64,000 nt of DNA from an uncultured Lachnospiraceae bacterium (GTDB lineage: Bacteria; Bacillota; Clostridia; Lachnospirales; Lachnospiraceae), in NCBI GenBank assembly GCA_947588845.1, contig CANQAR010000006.1:3903-67902 (forward strand), written 5' to 3'. Each line of letters starts with the position of its first letter. The stretch's first letter is position 1. A program made the translations under genes and the position numbers. Positions 11,780 to 21,067 of this stretch are shown here, piece by piece. A model generated the notes under the pieces. That model saw nothing but the letters and a program-made list of their open reading frames with translations, was not told the origin of the DNA and did not search any database.

Positions 11780-12334
11780 ATGCGGATCAGAAAAACAACG
11801 ATAAATGATCTGGATACAGTGATGAAAATATACGCGCGGGCGCGTGGCTTTATGGCGGAGAATGGAAATCCGACGCAGTGGAAGGATTCTTATCCTTCCG
11901 AGGAACTGATCCGGAAGGATATTCTGGACGGTGTGAGCTATGTATGTGTCGATGAGGACAGCGAAGGGCCGGGGACAAATCCGGACAGAGAGGGAACGGA
12001 AAAAAGCAGCGGCAGCGAAAATCCGGAGGTGATCGAGGCGGTTTTCATGTACGATGTACGCGAAGATCCCACATATGCGGTGATCGAGGACGGTGCGTGG
12101 CCGAATGACAGGCCGTACGGTGTGCTTCACCGGATCGCGAGCAGCGGCAGAAAGAAAGGCGTCGCTTCTTTCTGCATGCAGTGGTGTTTTGCGCAGTGCG
12201 GGAATCTGCGGTGCGATACACATGACGACAATAAGGTGATGCAGCATGTGATGAGGAAAAACGGATTTGAATACTGCGGCCGGATTTATGTGGAGGACGG
12301 ATCGCCGCGGGTGGCGTTTCAGAAAGAAAAATAA
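11780..12334 (+). CDS. GNAT family N-acetyltransferase (with acidic/Gly-Ser insert)
   Basis: 184 aa with GNAT-like core (YGVLHRIASSGRKKGVASFCMQWCF). RBS GGGGGACAGAGG. Confidence 0.7.
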   Translation: MRIRKTTINDLDTVMKIYARARGFMAENGNPTQWKDSYPSEELIRKDILDGVSYVCVDEDSEGPGTNPDREGTEKSSGSENPEVIEAVFMYDVREDPTYAVIEDGAWPNDRPYGVLHRIASSGRKKGVASFCMQWCFAQCGNLRCDTHDDNKVMQHVMRKNGFEYCGRIYVEDGSPRVAFQKEK

Positions 12335-12439
12335 AGAAGTTTTGGAAGAGACATGCCAGGAGAGATGTTTTTTCGTGCGGGAGACAGAAGAGGAGCGCAG
12401 AAAAAGACAAAAAATCAGGTGTTTTGGAGGCGATGGAGC

Positions 12440-13210
12440 ATGGATCAGGAACAGATTTACCGTCTGCTGTGTCAGGTGCAGAACGGCGGGATCTCGCCGG
12501 ATGAGGCGGCGAAAAGGCTGAGTCCGGAGCTGGAGCCGGAGATGCAGGTCGGAAATTACGCGGATATTGACCTTCACCGGGGACAACGCCAGGGAATGCC
12601 GGAAGTCATATACGGGGAAGGAAAGAACGTGGAGCAGATTGCAGGAATTGCGGCGGCCATGAAAGAGAAAGATATCCCCAATATCATGATCACGCGGCTG
12701 TCGAGGGAGAAAGCGGAGCTGCTGCGGTCTTATAAAGGGCTGGATTTGGAATATGAGGAGATTCCGCGCATTGGATTTGTGAATCGGAAAGAGACAGAAA
12801 AAAGAGGAAAGATTGCGGTTGTGGCAGCCGGGACGAGCGACCTGCCTGTCGCGGAAGAGGCCGCGGTCACGGCGGAGACGTATGGAAATTTTGTGGAGCG
12901 TGTCTATGATGTCGGAGTTGCGGGACTGCATCGTCTGCTGCACCGTCTGCCTGTGCTGGCTGACGCGAATGTGGTGGTGGCGGTCGCCGGGATGGAGGGA
13001 GCTCTGGTCAGCGTTGTCGGCGGACTTGTCCGATGCCCGGTCATCGGCGTTCCGACCAGCGTTGGCTATGGAGCCAATTTTGGCGGACTCGCGGCGCTGC
13101 TGTCCATGCTGAATTCCTGTGCCAGCGGAGTGAGCATTGTGAACATAGACAACGGATTCGGGGCCGGAGTGCTGGCGGCGAAGATTAACCGGCAGTCGGT
13201 ATCCTTCTGA
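12440..13210 (+). CDS. larB: LarB (PurE-like) pyridinium-3,5-biscarboxylic acid mononucleotide synthase
   Basis: N-terminal helical segment followed by a PurE-like core (KIAVVAAGTSDLPVAEEA, VAGMEGAL, PTSVGYG). GGAGG lies 9 nt before ATG 12440. Confidence 0.8.
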   Translation: MDQEQIYRLLCQVQNGGISPDEAAKRLSPELEPEMQVGNYADIDLHRGQRQGMPEVIYGEGKNVEQIAGIAAAMKEKDIPNIMITRLSREKAELLRSYKGLDLEYEEIPRIGFVNRKETEKRGKIAVVAAGTSDLPVAEEAAVTAETYGNFVERVYDVGVAGLHRLLHRLPVLADANVVVAVAGMEGALVSVVGGLVRCPVIGVPTSVGYGANFGGLAALLSMLNSCASGVSIVNIDNGFGAGVLAAKINRQSVSF

Positions 13211-13234
13211 TTTGCAGCAGAAAAGGAGATTTTG

Positions 13235-13828
13235 ATGAAACTGTATGATATTTCCAAAGAACTGTTTTCGGCGGAGGTCTATCCGGGAGATCCGGTGCCG
13301 TTTCGCGCGGATTTTGCCTCCTATAACAGTACGCCGCCGTCCATCTGCCAGGTATCAGGGATTGTGGCAGGGAGCCACAGCGGGACGCACCTTGACGCGC
13401 CGCTGCATTTCTGCCCCGGAGGACGTGATACGGCGGACATGGAACTGGAACGCTGCATTGGGGAATGCAAGGTGGTAAGTGCAGAAGGAGAGATCCTGCC
13501 GGAACAGATGAGAGAATTTCTCTCTGACGGGACAAAACGGCTGCTGATTAAAGGCGATGTGGTGTTCGCATCTGAGACAGCACAGGTTATGTGTGATGCA
13601 GGTCTGTGGTGTGTCGGTGTGGAGACGATGACAGTCGGAACGAAGGAGAGCCAGATTGAGGTGCATCAGCTTCTGCTGCGCCATGAGATTGTGATCATTG
13701 AGAGCCTTGTGCTCGCGGATGTGCCGGAGGGAAAATATTTCCTGTCTGCACTGCCGCTTCGTATGGCAGGCTGCGACGGGTCGCCGGTGAGGGCGGTGCT
13801 GCTCGGCGCGGAGGCAAAGAATTTTTGA
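13235..13828 (+). CDS. cyclase family protein (kynurenine-formamidase-like fold)
   Basis: HSGTHLDAPLHF metal-binding motif. AAGGAG RBS 7 nt before ATG 13235. Confidence 0.75.
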   Translation: MKLYDISKELFSAEVYPGDPVPFRADFASYNSTPPSICQVSGIVAGSHSGTHLDAPLHFCPGGRDTADMELERCIGECKVVSAEGEILPEQMREFLSDGTKRLLIKGDVVFASETAQVMCDAGLWCVGVETMTVGTKESQIEVHQLLLRHEIVIIESLVLADVPEGKYFLSALPLRMAGCDGSPVRAVLLGAEAKNF

Positions 13829-13906
13829 AATCGGTGCGGAGGCAGGAGAGGGAGACGGGCAGATTTTGACCTGCCGGCTCTGCAAATTATAACAGGAGGA
13901 AGCTAT

Positions 13907-15763
13907 ATGAAGCTGCCGCAGGAATTTTCAGAGAGAATGAAGATACTGCTGGGAAAGGAATACGAGGAGTTTCTTAAGACATACGAAGAGCCGCGCCGCT
14001 ATGGTCTCCGGGTCAATACGCTGAAGATCAGCGCGCAGGAGTTTGAGAAGATTGCGCCGTTTCTGATTGAAAGACTGCCGTGGATTCCGGGCGGCTACTG
14101 GTATGAAAAATTTGGGACAGAATCAGACGAAGGGGCAGCGGATAAACATGCCGGGCCTTCCAAAGAAGAAAGGCGTCTGGCGGAACCGTCCCGTCATCCG
14201 TTTTACTATGCCGGCCTGTATTATCTGCAGGAGCCAAGTGCGATGACGCCTGCGAGTGTCCTGCCTGTCGAGCCGGGGGACCGAGTTCTGGATCTCTGTG
14301 CAGCTCCGGGCGGCAAGGCGACCGCCCTGGCGGCAAAACTGAAAGGAAAAGGGCTTCTGGTAGCGAACGATATCAGCGCTTCCCGCGCGAAGGCGCTTTT
14401 GAAGAACTTGGAAGTGTTTGGAGTTACAAATGCATTTGTGACAAATACGGTTCCGGCGAAGCTGGCCGGCCAGTTTCCGCTGTTTTTTGATAAGATACTT
14501 GTGGATGCCCCATGTTCCGGGGAAGGGATGTTCCGGAAGGATGCCGCCAATGCGAGGGCCTGGAGTCCGGAAAAGGTGGATGACTGTGCGAAGATCCAGA
14601 AGGGGATTCTCTGCGCGGCTGTTGCCATGCTGCGCCCGGGAGGGCTGCTTCTGTATTCTACCTGCACATTTGCGCCGGAAGAAGATGAGCAGGCTGCGGC
14701 GTATCTTCTGCGGGAGTTTCCGGAGATGGAGCTCTGTGATATTCCGTGGTACGAAGGATTTTCACATGGCAGGCCGGAGCTGGGAAGGGAGTCCTGGCAG
14801 GAATATGTGAAAGCAAACCGGCAGGAGCCGGAAAGCGGTCGGAATAATGCTGCGGATGCTGCCGGCAACATATATTTCCGGGAACAGGGCAGACATCAGG
14901 AGAACTGTGAAATTCGGGAAAAAGAAGATTTCCAGGCGGAACAAAACTTCCAGATTTCAGATGACAGGGTTCTTGCGCAGCTGAGTAAATGCGTGCGTAT
15001 TTTCCCGCATAAGATGCGCGGAGAGGGGCATTTCCTCGCTCTGTTCCGAAAGAGAGAACAGAGGGAAATTCTGTCTGAAAATGCAGAGCGGTCTCCACAT
15101 CGATTCCTTTATGACATTTCCGCATGTGAAGATCCGTTCGAGGGAACCGAAACGGACAGAGCTGAAAACTGCGGAGATGCAGCTGCCAGAAAAGAGAAAG
15201 GCGACAGGGCCGGGAACAGAAGAGGCAGAGCAGCTGACAGGAAAAAAACGGCCAGAGACAGTCATGACAGAAGAGAAAACGGCAGGAAGCAGACCGGGAA
15301 CAGCATGCGGAACAGCGGTTCAGTGAGAAAAGATCCATCCAGGGCAGAGTGGGAAATTCTCCAGGAATTTCTGCAGGATGTCAGGATGGATTTCCGAAAA
15401 GAACAGATTGAGGTCCGAAACAATCAGGTATATCTTGTTCCGGAGGCGCTGCCTGAGGTGCAGGGTATCCCGTTTCTGCGGAACGGCCTGTATATGGGAG
15501 AGATCCGCAGGGACAGGTTTGAACCGTCGCAGTCGTTCGCGATGGCGCTTGCGGGAGACGGATATGCGTCCGTGGTCGCGCTCTCTCCGGATGATGAGAG
15601 AACGTATCGCTATCTGAAAGGGGAGACGATCGAAGTGGACGACCTCATGCCGGTCCGTGCAGGAGGCTGGCAGCTTGTCTGTGTGGACGGATATCCGCTC
15701 GGCTGGGGAAAGCTGACAAACGGGACACTGAAAAATAAATATCACAGCGGCTGGAGAATGTAA
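13907..15763 (+). CDS. RsmB/RsmF-family rRNA cytosine-C5 methyltransferase with large charged insertions
   Basis: DLCAAPGGKAT SAM motif, DAPCSGEGMFRKD and YSTCTF catalytic Cys motifs. C-terminal PUA-like tail. Inserts at about 14790-14950 and 15060-15335. Confidence 0.8.
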   Translation: MKLPQEFSERMKILLGKEYEEFLKTYEEPRRYGLRVNTLKISAQEFEKIAPFLIERLPWIPGGYWYEKFGTESDEGAADKHAGPSKEERRLAEPSRHPFYYAGLYYLQEPSAMTPASVLPVEPGDRVLDLCAAPGGKATALAAKLKGKGLLVANDISASRAKALLKNLEVFGVTNAFVTNTVPAKLAGQFPLFFDKILVDAPCSGEGMFRKDAANARAWSPEKVDDCAKIQKGILCAAVAMLRPGGLLLYSTCTFAPEEDEQAAAYLLREFPEMELCDIPWYEGFSHGRPELGRESWQEYVKANRQEPESGRNNAADAAGNIYFREQGRHQENCEIREKEDFQAEQNFQISDDRVLAQLSKCVRIFPHKMRGEGHFLALFRKREQREILSENAERSPHRFLYDISACEDPFEGTETDRAENCGDAAARKEKGDRAGNRRGRAADRKKTARDSHDRRENGRKQTGNSMRNSGSVRKDPSRAEWEILQEFLQDVRMDFRKEQIEVRNNQVYLVPEALPEVQGIPFLRNGLYMGEIRRDRFEPSQSFAMALAGDGYASVVALSPDDERTYRYLKGETIEVDDLMPVRAGGWQLVCVDGYPLGWGKLTNGTLKNKYHSGWRM

Positions 15764-15883
15764 AAACAGCAGTGCGCTTCTCGTGCAAAATGCCCGGAAA
15801 TTCCGATAATTAATGGACGTTTTCATCATTTCATGCTAAGATAGGCGAGGACAGATTTTTCTTCGTGGGCTGGAGGTGAGACT

Positions 15884-17076
15884 GTGTATTATTTAAACCC
15901 GAAAGAACCTGCGGAATTGTTTCGGATGGAATTAAACAGCAGGATATATGTTGATAAAAGTATGCTGATCAGCAAGGTTTCAGAAAATATTGGCACTGGT
16001 TCCCGTTATATCTGCATCACAAAGCCGCGCAGGTTTGGGAAAAGTGTCAACGCCTGTATGCTTGCCGCATATTACACAAAAACTCTGGATACGCATGATT
16101 TATTTGACGGCCTGCAGATTTCTTCGGTCTCTGCCTGCAGACAGCATCTGAATCAGCATCATGTCATTTTTATTGATTTCAGCCGTATGCCCCGCGGTTG
16201 TGAAAATTATGATACGTATATTCAGAGCATCGAGGATATTCTGATCAATGACATACAGGAAGCTTTTCCTGCCACAAAACAGCAAAATTTTTTCAATCTG
16301 GATCAGCTGCTTGTATCAAGCGGGGAAAAATTTATTTTTATTCTGGACGAGTGGGACGCTGTATTTTACGAAGATTTCATGACTGATCGTGATAAAGTCA
16401 GATATCTGAAATTTCTCCGGAACCTTTTGAAGGGACAGGCATATGTAGAACTTGCCTATATGACAGGCGTTCTCCCGATTACAAAATATTCCAGCGGTTC
16501 CGCTTTGAATATGTTCGAGGAGTTCAGCTTTCTCGATGATGATGTCTACGACAGTTTATTTGGATTCACCGAGGATGAAGTGCTGCTTTTATGTCAGAAG
16601 CACACGTCAGTGTCTTTTGAGGAAATCAAATACTGGTATGACGGATATTTTACCAGTGATGGAAGAGCTTTATTTAATCCCCGTTCTGTAAACTATGCGC
16701 TCACTCGTGGAAAATGCCGCAATTACTGGACAGAAACGGGACCGATGAATGAGATTGCGGACTGTATTGAACACAATGTGGATGAGGTACGGGAGGATAT
16801 TGTAAATCTTGTTTCCGGGATACCAGTAGAAATCAGGCTAAATGGATACAGTGCTTCTGACCTGCGGCTTGACAGCAGGGATGAAATTTTGTCAGCAATG
16901 GTTGTTTTTGGCTTCTTGTCCTACCATGATCTGACTTTACGGATCCCAAATCATGAACTGATGGAAAAATTTCAGACTGTATTCTCGTTCTGCTCGTTGG
17001 AATAAGTTACAATCGCACTGAAAAAAGACATCGCTGCCTGATTGAAGAATATCAGGGAGCATTGTCTGGCACATAA
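15884..17076 (+). pseudogene. AAA-ATPase-like/PDDEXK_9 family gene with internal deletion and frameshift
   Basis: The N-terminal domain is intact (YVDKS, KPRRFGKS, FILDEWD). The ORF stops at 17005, yet the -1 frame continues as VGISYNRTEKRHRCLIEEY to 17076, which is the usual extreme C-terminus of the family. The PD-(D/E)XK core in between is missing. Confidence 0.65.
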
Positions 17077-17108
17077 TAAATGAATGTTTTTTAGCAAGGA
17101 GGAACAAA

Positions 17109-18728
17109 ATGAAAAGGATCTGGAAACTTTATGCCGCCTGTCTGGCGGTCTCTGCTATGCTGTTGTTCAGCAGTATTATGGCTTCCGCCGCGGGAGGTAC
17201 GACCGTAAAAGTAACCGGGAAATTCGGGCAGACAAATGCGCGAACCATGCTTGACATGATTAATGAATTCAGGACGGGAGACGACGCATGGTATCCGGAT
17301 GCGAACGGACAGGAAGTGCGCAACACACTGCAGCCAATGACCTACGACTATGGACTGGAACAGGCGGCTATGCAGCGCGCGATAGAGACAGCGCTTTCGT
17401 TTTCAGCCACAAGACCGAACGGAGAGAATAATAAGACGGTGCTGCCGAACTATTCGGTAGGGGAAAATTTTGCGGCAGGCGCAAGCGCCGCGGCGGTGTT
17501 CAAGGCATGGAAGGCGGACGGAAAGCCGTACACCTCACAGGTCTCAAGAAGAAACATGCTGAACAGGTACATCAAAACAGTAGGCGTGGGACATGTTTTC
17601 TATAATGGGAAACATTACTGGGTAATGATGTTCGGTACGAAAAGCAGCGGTGTTCCCGCGTCAGCTCCTCTGGATGGAGACAAGACAATGGAAGTGGAAG
17701 TAGCTTTAGATAAAATTGCGGAAAAGTCCCTGAATGTATCTTCCGCGCAGCTGGAGATTCCTCTTGGTTCTTCAGTTCCTCTTCCGGAAATCGCAGGCGG
17801 CATCAGGCTTGAAAGCGCAAATCCGAGCGTGCTCAGCGAAGTATCCGTGGTGTGTGACTGGAAAGCAGCATCCGGCGGAGACAGCATCATCAGTATTTCT
17901 TCCGGAACTGTAAGCGGAACAAATGCCGGAACAACGTCGATTACAACGGAAGTATTTGGAGAGACGTTTTCGGTTCCTGTGACAGTATCCGGGACTGAGC
18001 CGACCACTCCGACCGCTCCGAAATCGATTTCTTCCGCGACAGTATTTCTGGCGACAGATGCTTATACGTATAACGGAAAAGCCAGAAAACCGGCGGTCCT
18101 GTCTGTTGTGCTTGAGGGAAAAGAGCTGACAGCCGGAAAAGACTATACGGTCAGCTACACAAACAACGTGAATCCGGGAACAGCGACAGTAACGGTTGCC
18201 GGGATCGGAGACTATACCGGCTCTGTTTCGGAGTATTTTACGATTAAGGAGAAAATAAAGAAGATAGCGGTTGGAGTACAGGGAAAAGCATCCGGCGCGA
18301 AATACAAGGTGACAAAAGGCGGAGTCTCAGGAAAGGCTGAGGTTGAGTACGTGGCGCCTGTCAACGCGGCAAAGGCATCGGTGGTCATTCCGTCAACCGT
18401 GACGCTCAAAGGATTTAAGTGCAAGGTTACTTCAATCGCGGCGAACGCGTTCAAGAATAATAAGAAACTGAAAAATGTGACGATTCCGGCTTCGGTAGGA
18501 AAAATTGGAAAACAGGCGTTTTATAACTGCCGGAATCTGGCGAAGCTCGAGATCAGGACGAAAACTCTCACAACAAAGAACGTGGGAGCGAATGCCTTTG
18601 GCGGGGTTTCCGGCAAGGTAACCATTAAGGTTCCGGCCGGTAAACGAAATGCTTACAAGAAGCTGCTGAAAGCCAGGGGCTTGTGTGAGATAAAGAAGCG
18701 GCAGAAGTATAAAAAGTTTTTTGAATAG
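17109..18728 (+). CDS. secreted CAP/SCP-domain protein with Ig-like and BspA-type leucine-rich-repeat C-terminal modules
   Basis: Signal peptide (MKRIWKLYAACLAVSAMLLFSSIMASA). SCP-like region (NEFR, YDYGLEQAAMQRA, HYWVMMFG). C-terminal repeats (VTIPASVGKIGKQAFYNCRNLAKLEI). AAGGAGG RBS. Confidence 0.7.
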   Translation: MKRIWKLYAACLAVSAMLLFSSIMASAAGGTTVKVTGKFGQTNARTMLDMINEFRTGDDAWYPDANGQEVRNTLQPMTYDYGLEQAAMQRAIETALSFSATRPNGENNKTVLPNYSVGENFAAGASAAAVFKAWKADGKPYTSQVSRRNMLNRYIKTVGVGHVFYNGKHYWVMMFGTKSSGVPASAPLDGDKTMEVEVALDKIAEKSLNVSSAQLEIPLGSSVPLPEIAGGIRLESANPSVLSEVSVVCDWKAASGGDSIISISSGTVSGTNAGTTSITTEVFGETFSVPVTVSGTEPTTPTAPKSISSATVFLATDAYTYNGKARKPAVLSVVLEGKELTAGKDYTVSYTNNVNPGTATVTVAGIGDYTGSVSEYFTIKEKIKKIAVGVQGKASGAKYKVTKGGVSGKAEVEYVAPVNAAKASVVIPSTVTLKGFKCKVTSIAANAFKNNKKLKNVTIPASVGKIGKQAFYNCRNLAKLEIRTKTLTTKNVGANAFGGVSGKVTIKVPAGKRNAYKKLLKARGLCEIKKRQKYKKFFE

Positions 18729-18774
18729 TGGACAAAAAACAGCGGATTAAAGGCGATACGGAATAAGAGAACGC

Positions 18775-18803
18775 TTGCATTTATCTCACAGGCAGGCTAT
18801 AAT
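18775..18803 (+). promoter_or_regulatory. near-consensus sigma-A promoter for ppiB
   Basis: TTGCAT (18775-18780), 17-nt spacer, TATAAT (18798-18803). Confidence 0.6.
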
Positions 18804-18829
18804 TCAAAGAAAAATACACGGAGGAATAA

Positions 18830-19357
18830 ATGAACATGGCACAAAACCCAGTCATCACAATAACCATGGAAAACGGCGACATCATCAAAGCGGAACTTTA
18901 TCCGGAGGTTGCCCCCAATACGGTCAATAATTTTCTGAGCCTTGTCAATAAGGGATTCTACAACGGGTTGATTTTTCACCGGGTTATCCGCGGATTCATG
19001 ATCCAGGGCGGATGTCCGCAGGGAACCGGCATGGGCGGCCCGGGCTACAGCATCCCCGGCGAGTTTGCGTACAACGGCTTTAACAATCCGCTGAAGCATG
19101 ATGCGGGCGTACTCTCGATGGCGCGCGCGATGGCACCTGATTCCGCAGGCAGCCAGTTCTTCATCATGCACAAGGCAGCGCCGCATCTTGACGGCCAGTA
19201 CGCGGCGTTCGGAAAAGTGACAGAGGGAATGGATATCGTAAACAAGATTGCGGAGACGCGCACCGATTACCGTGACAAGCCGATGACAGAGCAGAAGATC
19301 AAATCCATCACGGCGGAGACGTTCGGCGTGGACTATCCGGAACCGAAGAAAGCCTGA
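18830..19357 (+). CDS. ppiB: cyclophilin-type peptidyl-prolyl cis-trans isomerase
   Basis: [13 protein letters not shown] and GSQFFI cyclophilin signatures. Confidence 0.9.
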   Translation: MNMAQNPVITITMENGDIIKAELYPEVAPNTVNNFLSLVNKGFYNGLIFHRVIRGFMIQGGCPQGTGMGGPGYSIPGEFAYNGFNNPLKHDAGVLSMARAMAPDSAGSQFFIMHKAAPHLDGQYAAFGKVTEGMDIVNKIAETRTDYRDKPMTEQKIKSITAETFGVDYPEPKKA

Positions 19358-19502
19358 ACATTTAATTAAAGACAGAGCCGCCGCAGAATCGCACGGCGCA
19401 CGCAGCTGATCGCGGAAATTTTCCAGAATTCCTGACAGATACTGCGGTCTGCCTGCAATTTGCGGCGGCCTCATTTTCTTTGCTTTTTATGCAGTACGGT
19501 TT

Positions 19503-19658
19503 TTATGCCTCTGCAAACTGATCTTTGCTTACTCCGCACAGCGGGCACTCAAAATCATCCGGCAGATCTTCCCATTTTGTTCCCGGCTCAATGCCATGCT
19601 CCGGATCTCCGGCAGTCTCATCGTATTCCCAGCCGCATACTTCGCATACATACTTCAT
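19503..19658 (-). CDS. rubredoxin (51 aa, below the ORF-track size cutoff)
   Basis: Hand translation of the minus strand gives [51 protein letters not shown]. It has the two CxxC knuckles (CEVCG, CPLCG). AGGAGG RBS at 19667-19672. Confidence 0.9.
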   Translation of the reverse strand: MKYVCEVCGWEYDETAGDPEHGIEPGTKWEDLPDDFECPLCGVSKDQFAEA

Positions 19659-20191
19659 GTTGTTATCCTCCTTACATTTTTATAAACATCCCGGCCCTGC
19701 GGGGACAGGGTTGTTTTACAGATTCAAAACCCGCCTGCGAGTTTTGCATGCGGGATTCGGGTCTGCGTCAGCAGACATCTTCAGCTCCGAATCCCTGCGC
19801 TCTTCGCAGCTCGCTATTACTATACTCCATAACGCCGGAAATTACCAGAGCAAGATTTTGAATATCCTCATAAATACACTCATAAAATATGTTGCTTTTG
19901 GAAATTGTACGGTTTTCAGAAAAACTTCTGTTGTTGTCCATGCAAAATGCCACACATACGGAATAATGTTCCAAATAATTCAGAATTTTTCTTTATTTCC
20001 ACTATTTTTTTAGTACAAATTCATGAAATCTGGTAAAATTGTTTTTATAAGAACACTACCATTATTATGATTTTGACACCATAATAAGAGTAGATATAGA
20101 ATTGATTTTATATACGGAATATCCTGCGAAAGCGGCCGTTTCAGCTTTCGTTTATGCGGATTATATACTGGAGATAAGGAGGTGTTAAATC

Positions 20192-20404
20192 ATGATTACG
20201 TATAGTCCATTATGGGTCACTATGAAAGAAAAGGGGATCACGCAATACGCGCTCTATACGCAATATGGTATCAACCGCTCTCTACTTGACCGCCTCAGAA
20301 AAAACAAGAATATAGAAGTCAATACGGTCGACCGGCTATGCACTATTCTGAACTGTCGCGTAGAAGACATTATGGAACATATTCCTGATGAAACGGTAAT
20401 GTAG
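20192..20404 (+). CDS. small XRE/YozG-like helix-turn-helix regulator
   Basis: 70 aa with an HTH segment (GITQYALYTQYGINRSLLDRLRKNK) and a VDRLCTILNCRVEDIMEH tail typical of the HTH_26/COG3655 family. AAGGAGG RBS. Confidence 0.7.
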   Translation: MITYSPLWVTMKEKGITQYALYTQYGINRSLLDRLRKNKNIEVNTVDRLCTILNCRVEDIMEHIPDETVM

Positions 20405-20407
20405 GGA

Positions 20408-20435
20408 CCCTCATATCATTTGATATGGGGGTTTT
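20408..20435 (+). terminator. terminator after the HTH gene
   Basis: CCCTCATATC / GATATGGGGG stem (one G-U pair), 4-nt loop, then TTTT. Confidence 0.5.
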
Positions 20436-20763
20436 GCCTATGCGAAAAACTTACCGTCGGGAGCTTTTCGCCTGCCCGGATATACAGAAAGGCAGCCAGT
20501 AACAGGTTTTCTGTATTTTCAGTGTACAGAAGACCTGTTGCAGGTGGGTTTTCTGTATTTTTATGTCACAGGAAATTTCGTCCTGTGAATCGAGTAGGAG
20601 GCGGCTTTTCCTCCTGCTCGCCCGCGCGGCCCAGGTGCTGCGTCAGCAGCTGATTTCCCTGCCTGGGTCTGCGCAAAAAAACGCCGTCTCCCCTCGTGAG
20701 TGAAGGGCAGGGGAGTTGATATGCTGAAGGCATTTTTTATGGGAATGAAATGAAAATAAAAAA

Positions 20764-20834
20764 AGCGGGTGATGGGAATCGAACCCACGTGTCCAGCTTG
20801 GAAGGCTGGTGTTCTACCATTGAACTACACCCGC
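20764..20834 (-). tRNA. tRNA-Gly (anticodon TCC)
   Basis: Hand-folded cloverleaf: acceptor GCGGGTG/CACCCGC, D-arm GTTC..GAAC, anticodon stem CCAGC/GCTGG with loop CTTCCAA, T-loop TTCGATT. No encoded CCA. Confidence 0.9.
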
Positions 20835-20907
20835 ATAAATCTTATTCATTTTTATAAAGAAAACGGAACCCTGAATCACCAAGGGTTCCGCTGCCCCTGC
20901 CAAGGAG

Positions 20908-20981
20908 TCGATGCGACAGGATTTGAACCTGCGACCTCTGCGTCCCGAACGCAGCGCTCTACCAAGCTGAGCCACGCATCG
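20908..20981 (-). tRNA. tRNA-Pro (anticodon CGG)
   Basis: Hand-folded cloverleaf: acceptor CGATGCG/CGCATCG, D-arm GCTC..GAGC, anticodon stem CTGCG/CGCAG with loop TTCGGGA, T-loop TTCAAAT. Confidence 0.9.
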
Positions 20982-21021
20982 CTACAGGCTTGAAATTGTT
21001 TCTCTCAACTCAAGCTTGTTC

Positions 21022-21050
21022 ATTGTAACACCATCTTCCTGAAAATGCAA
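21022..21050 (-). promoter_or_regulatory. promoter of the tRNA-Pro/tRNA-Gly operon
   Basis: On the minus strand: TTGCAT (21050-21045), 17-nt spacer, TACAAT (21027-21022) with TGn extended -10. A/T-rich UP-like tract lies upstream (21051-21075). Confidence 0.6.
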
Positions 21051-21067
21051 GTACTTTTTTTATTTTT

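Noticed and set aside
11669-12943. 424-aa ORF on the minus strand.
   Set aside because: It is antisense to the well-supported GNAT and larB genes. Its composition is rich in Arg, Pro, His and Ser, it has no RBS and it shows no family features. It is a shadow ORF.
19768-19974. 68-aa minus-strand ORF upstream of rubredoxin.
   Set aside because: It has a TTG start, no RBS and no recognisable fold. The region reads better as the AT-rich promoter and leader of rubredoxin.
20420-20993. ORFs 20420..20653 (+), 20561..20788 (-) and 20769..20993 (+).
   Set aside because: They overlap the two tRNA genes or the structured spacer and have no RBS. They are translation artefacts of tRNA and hairpin sequence.
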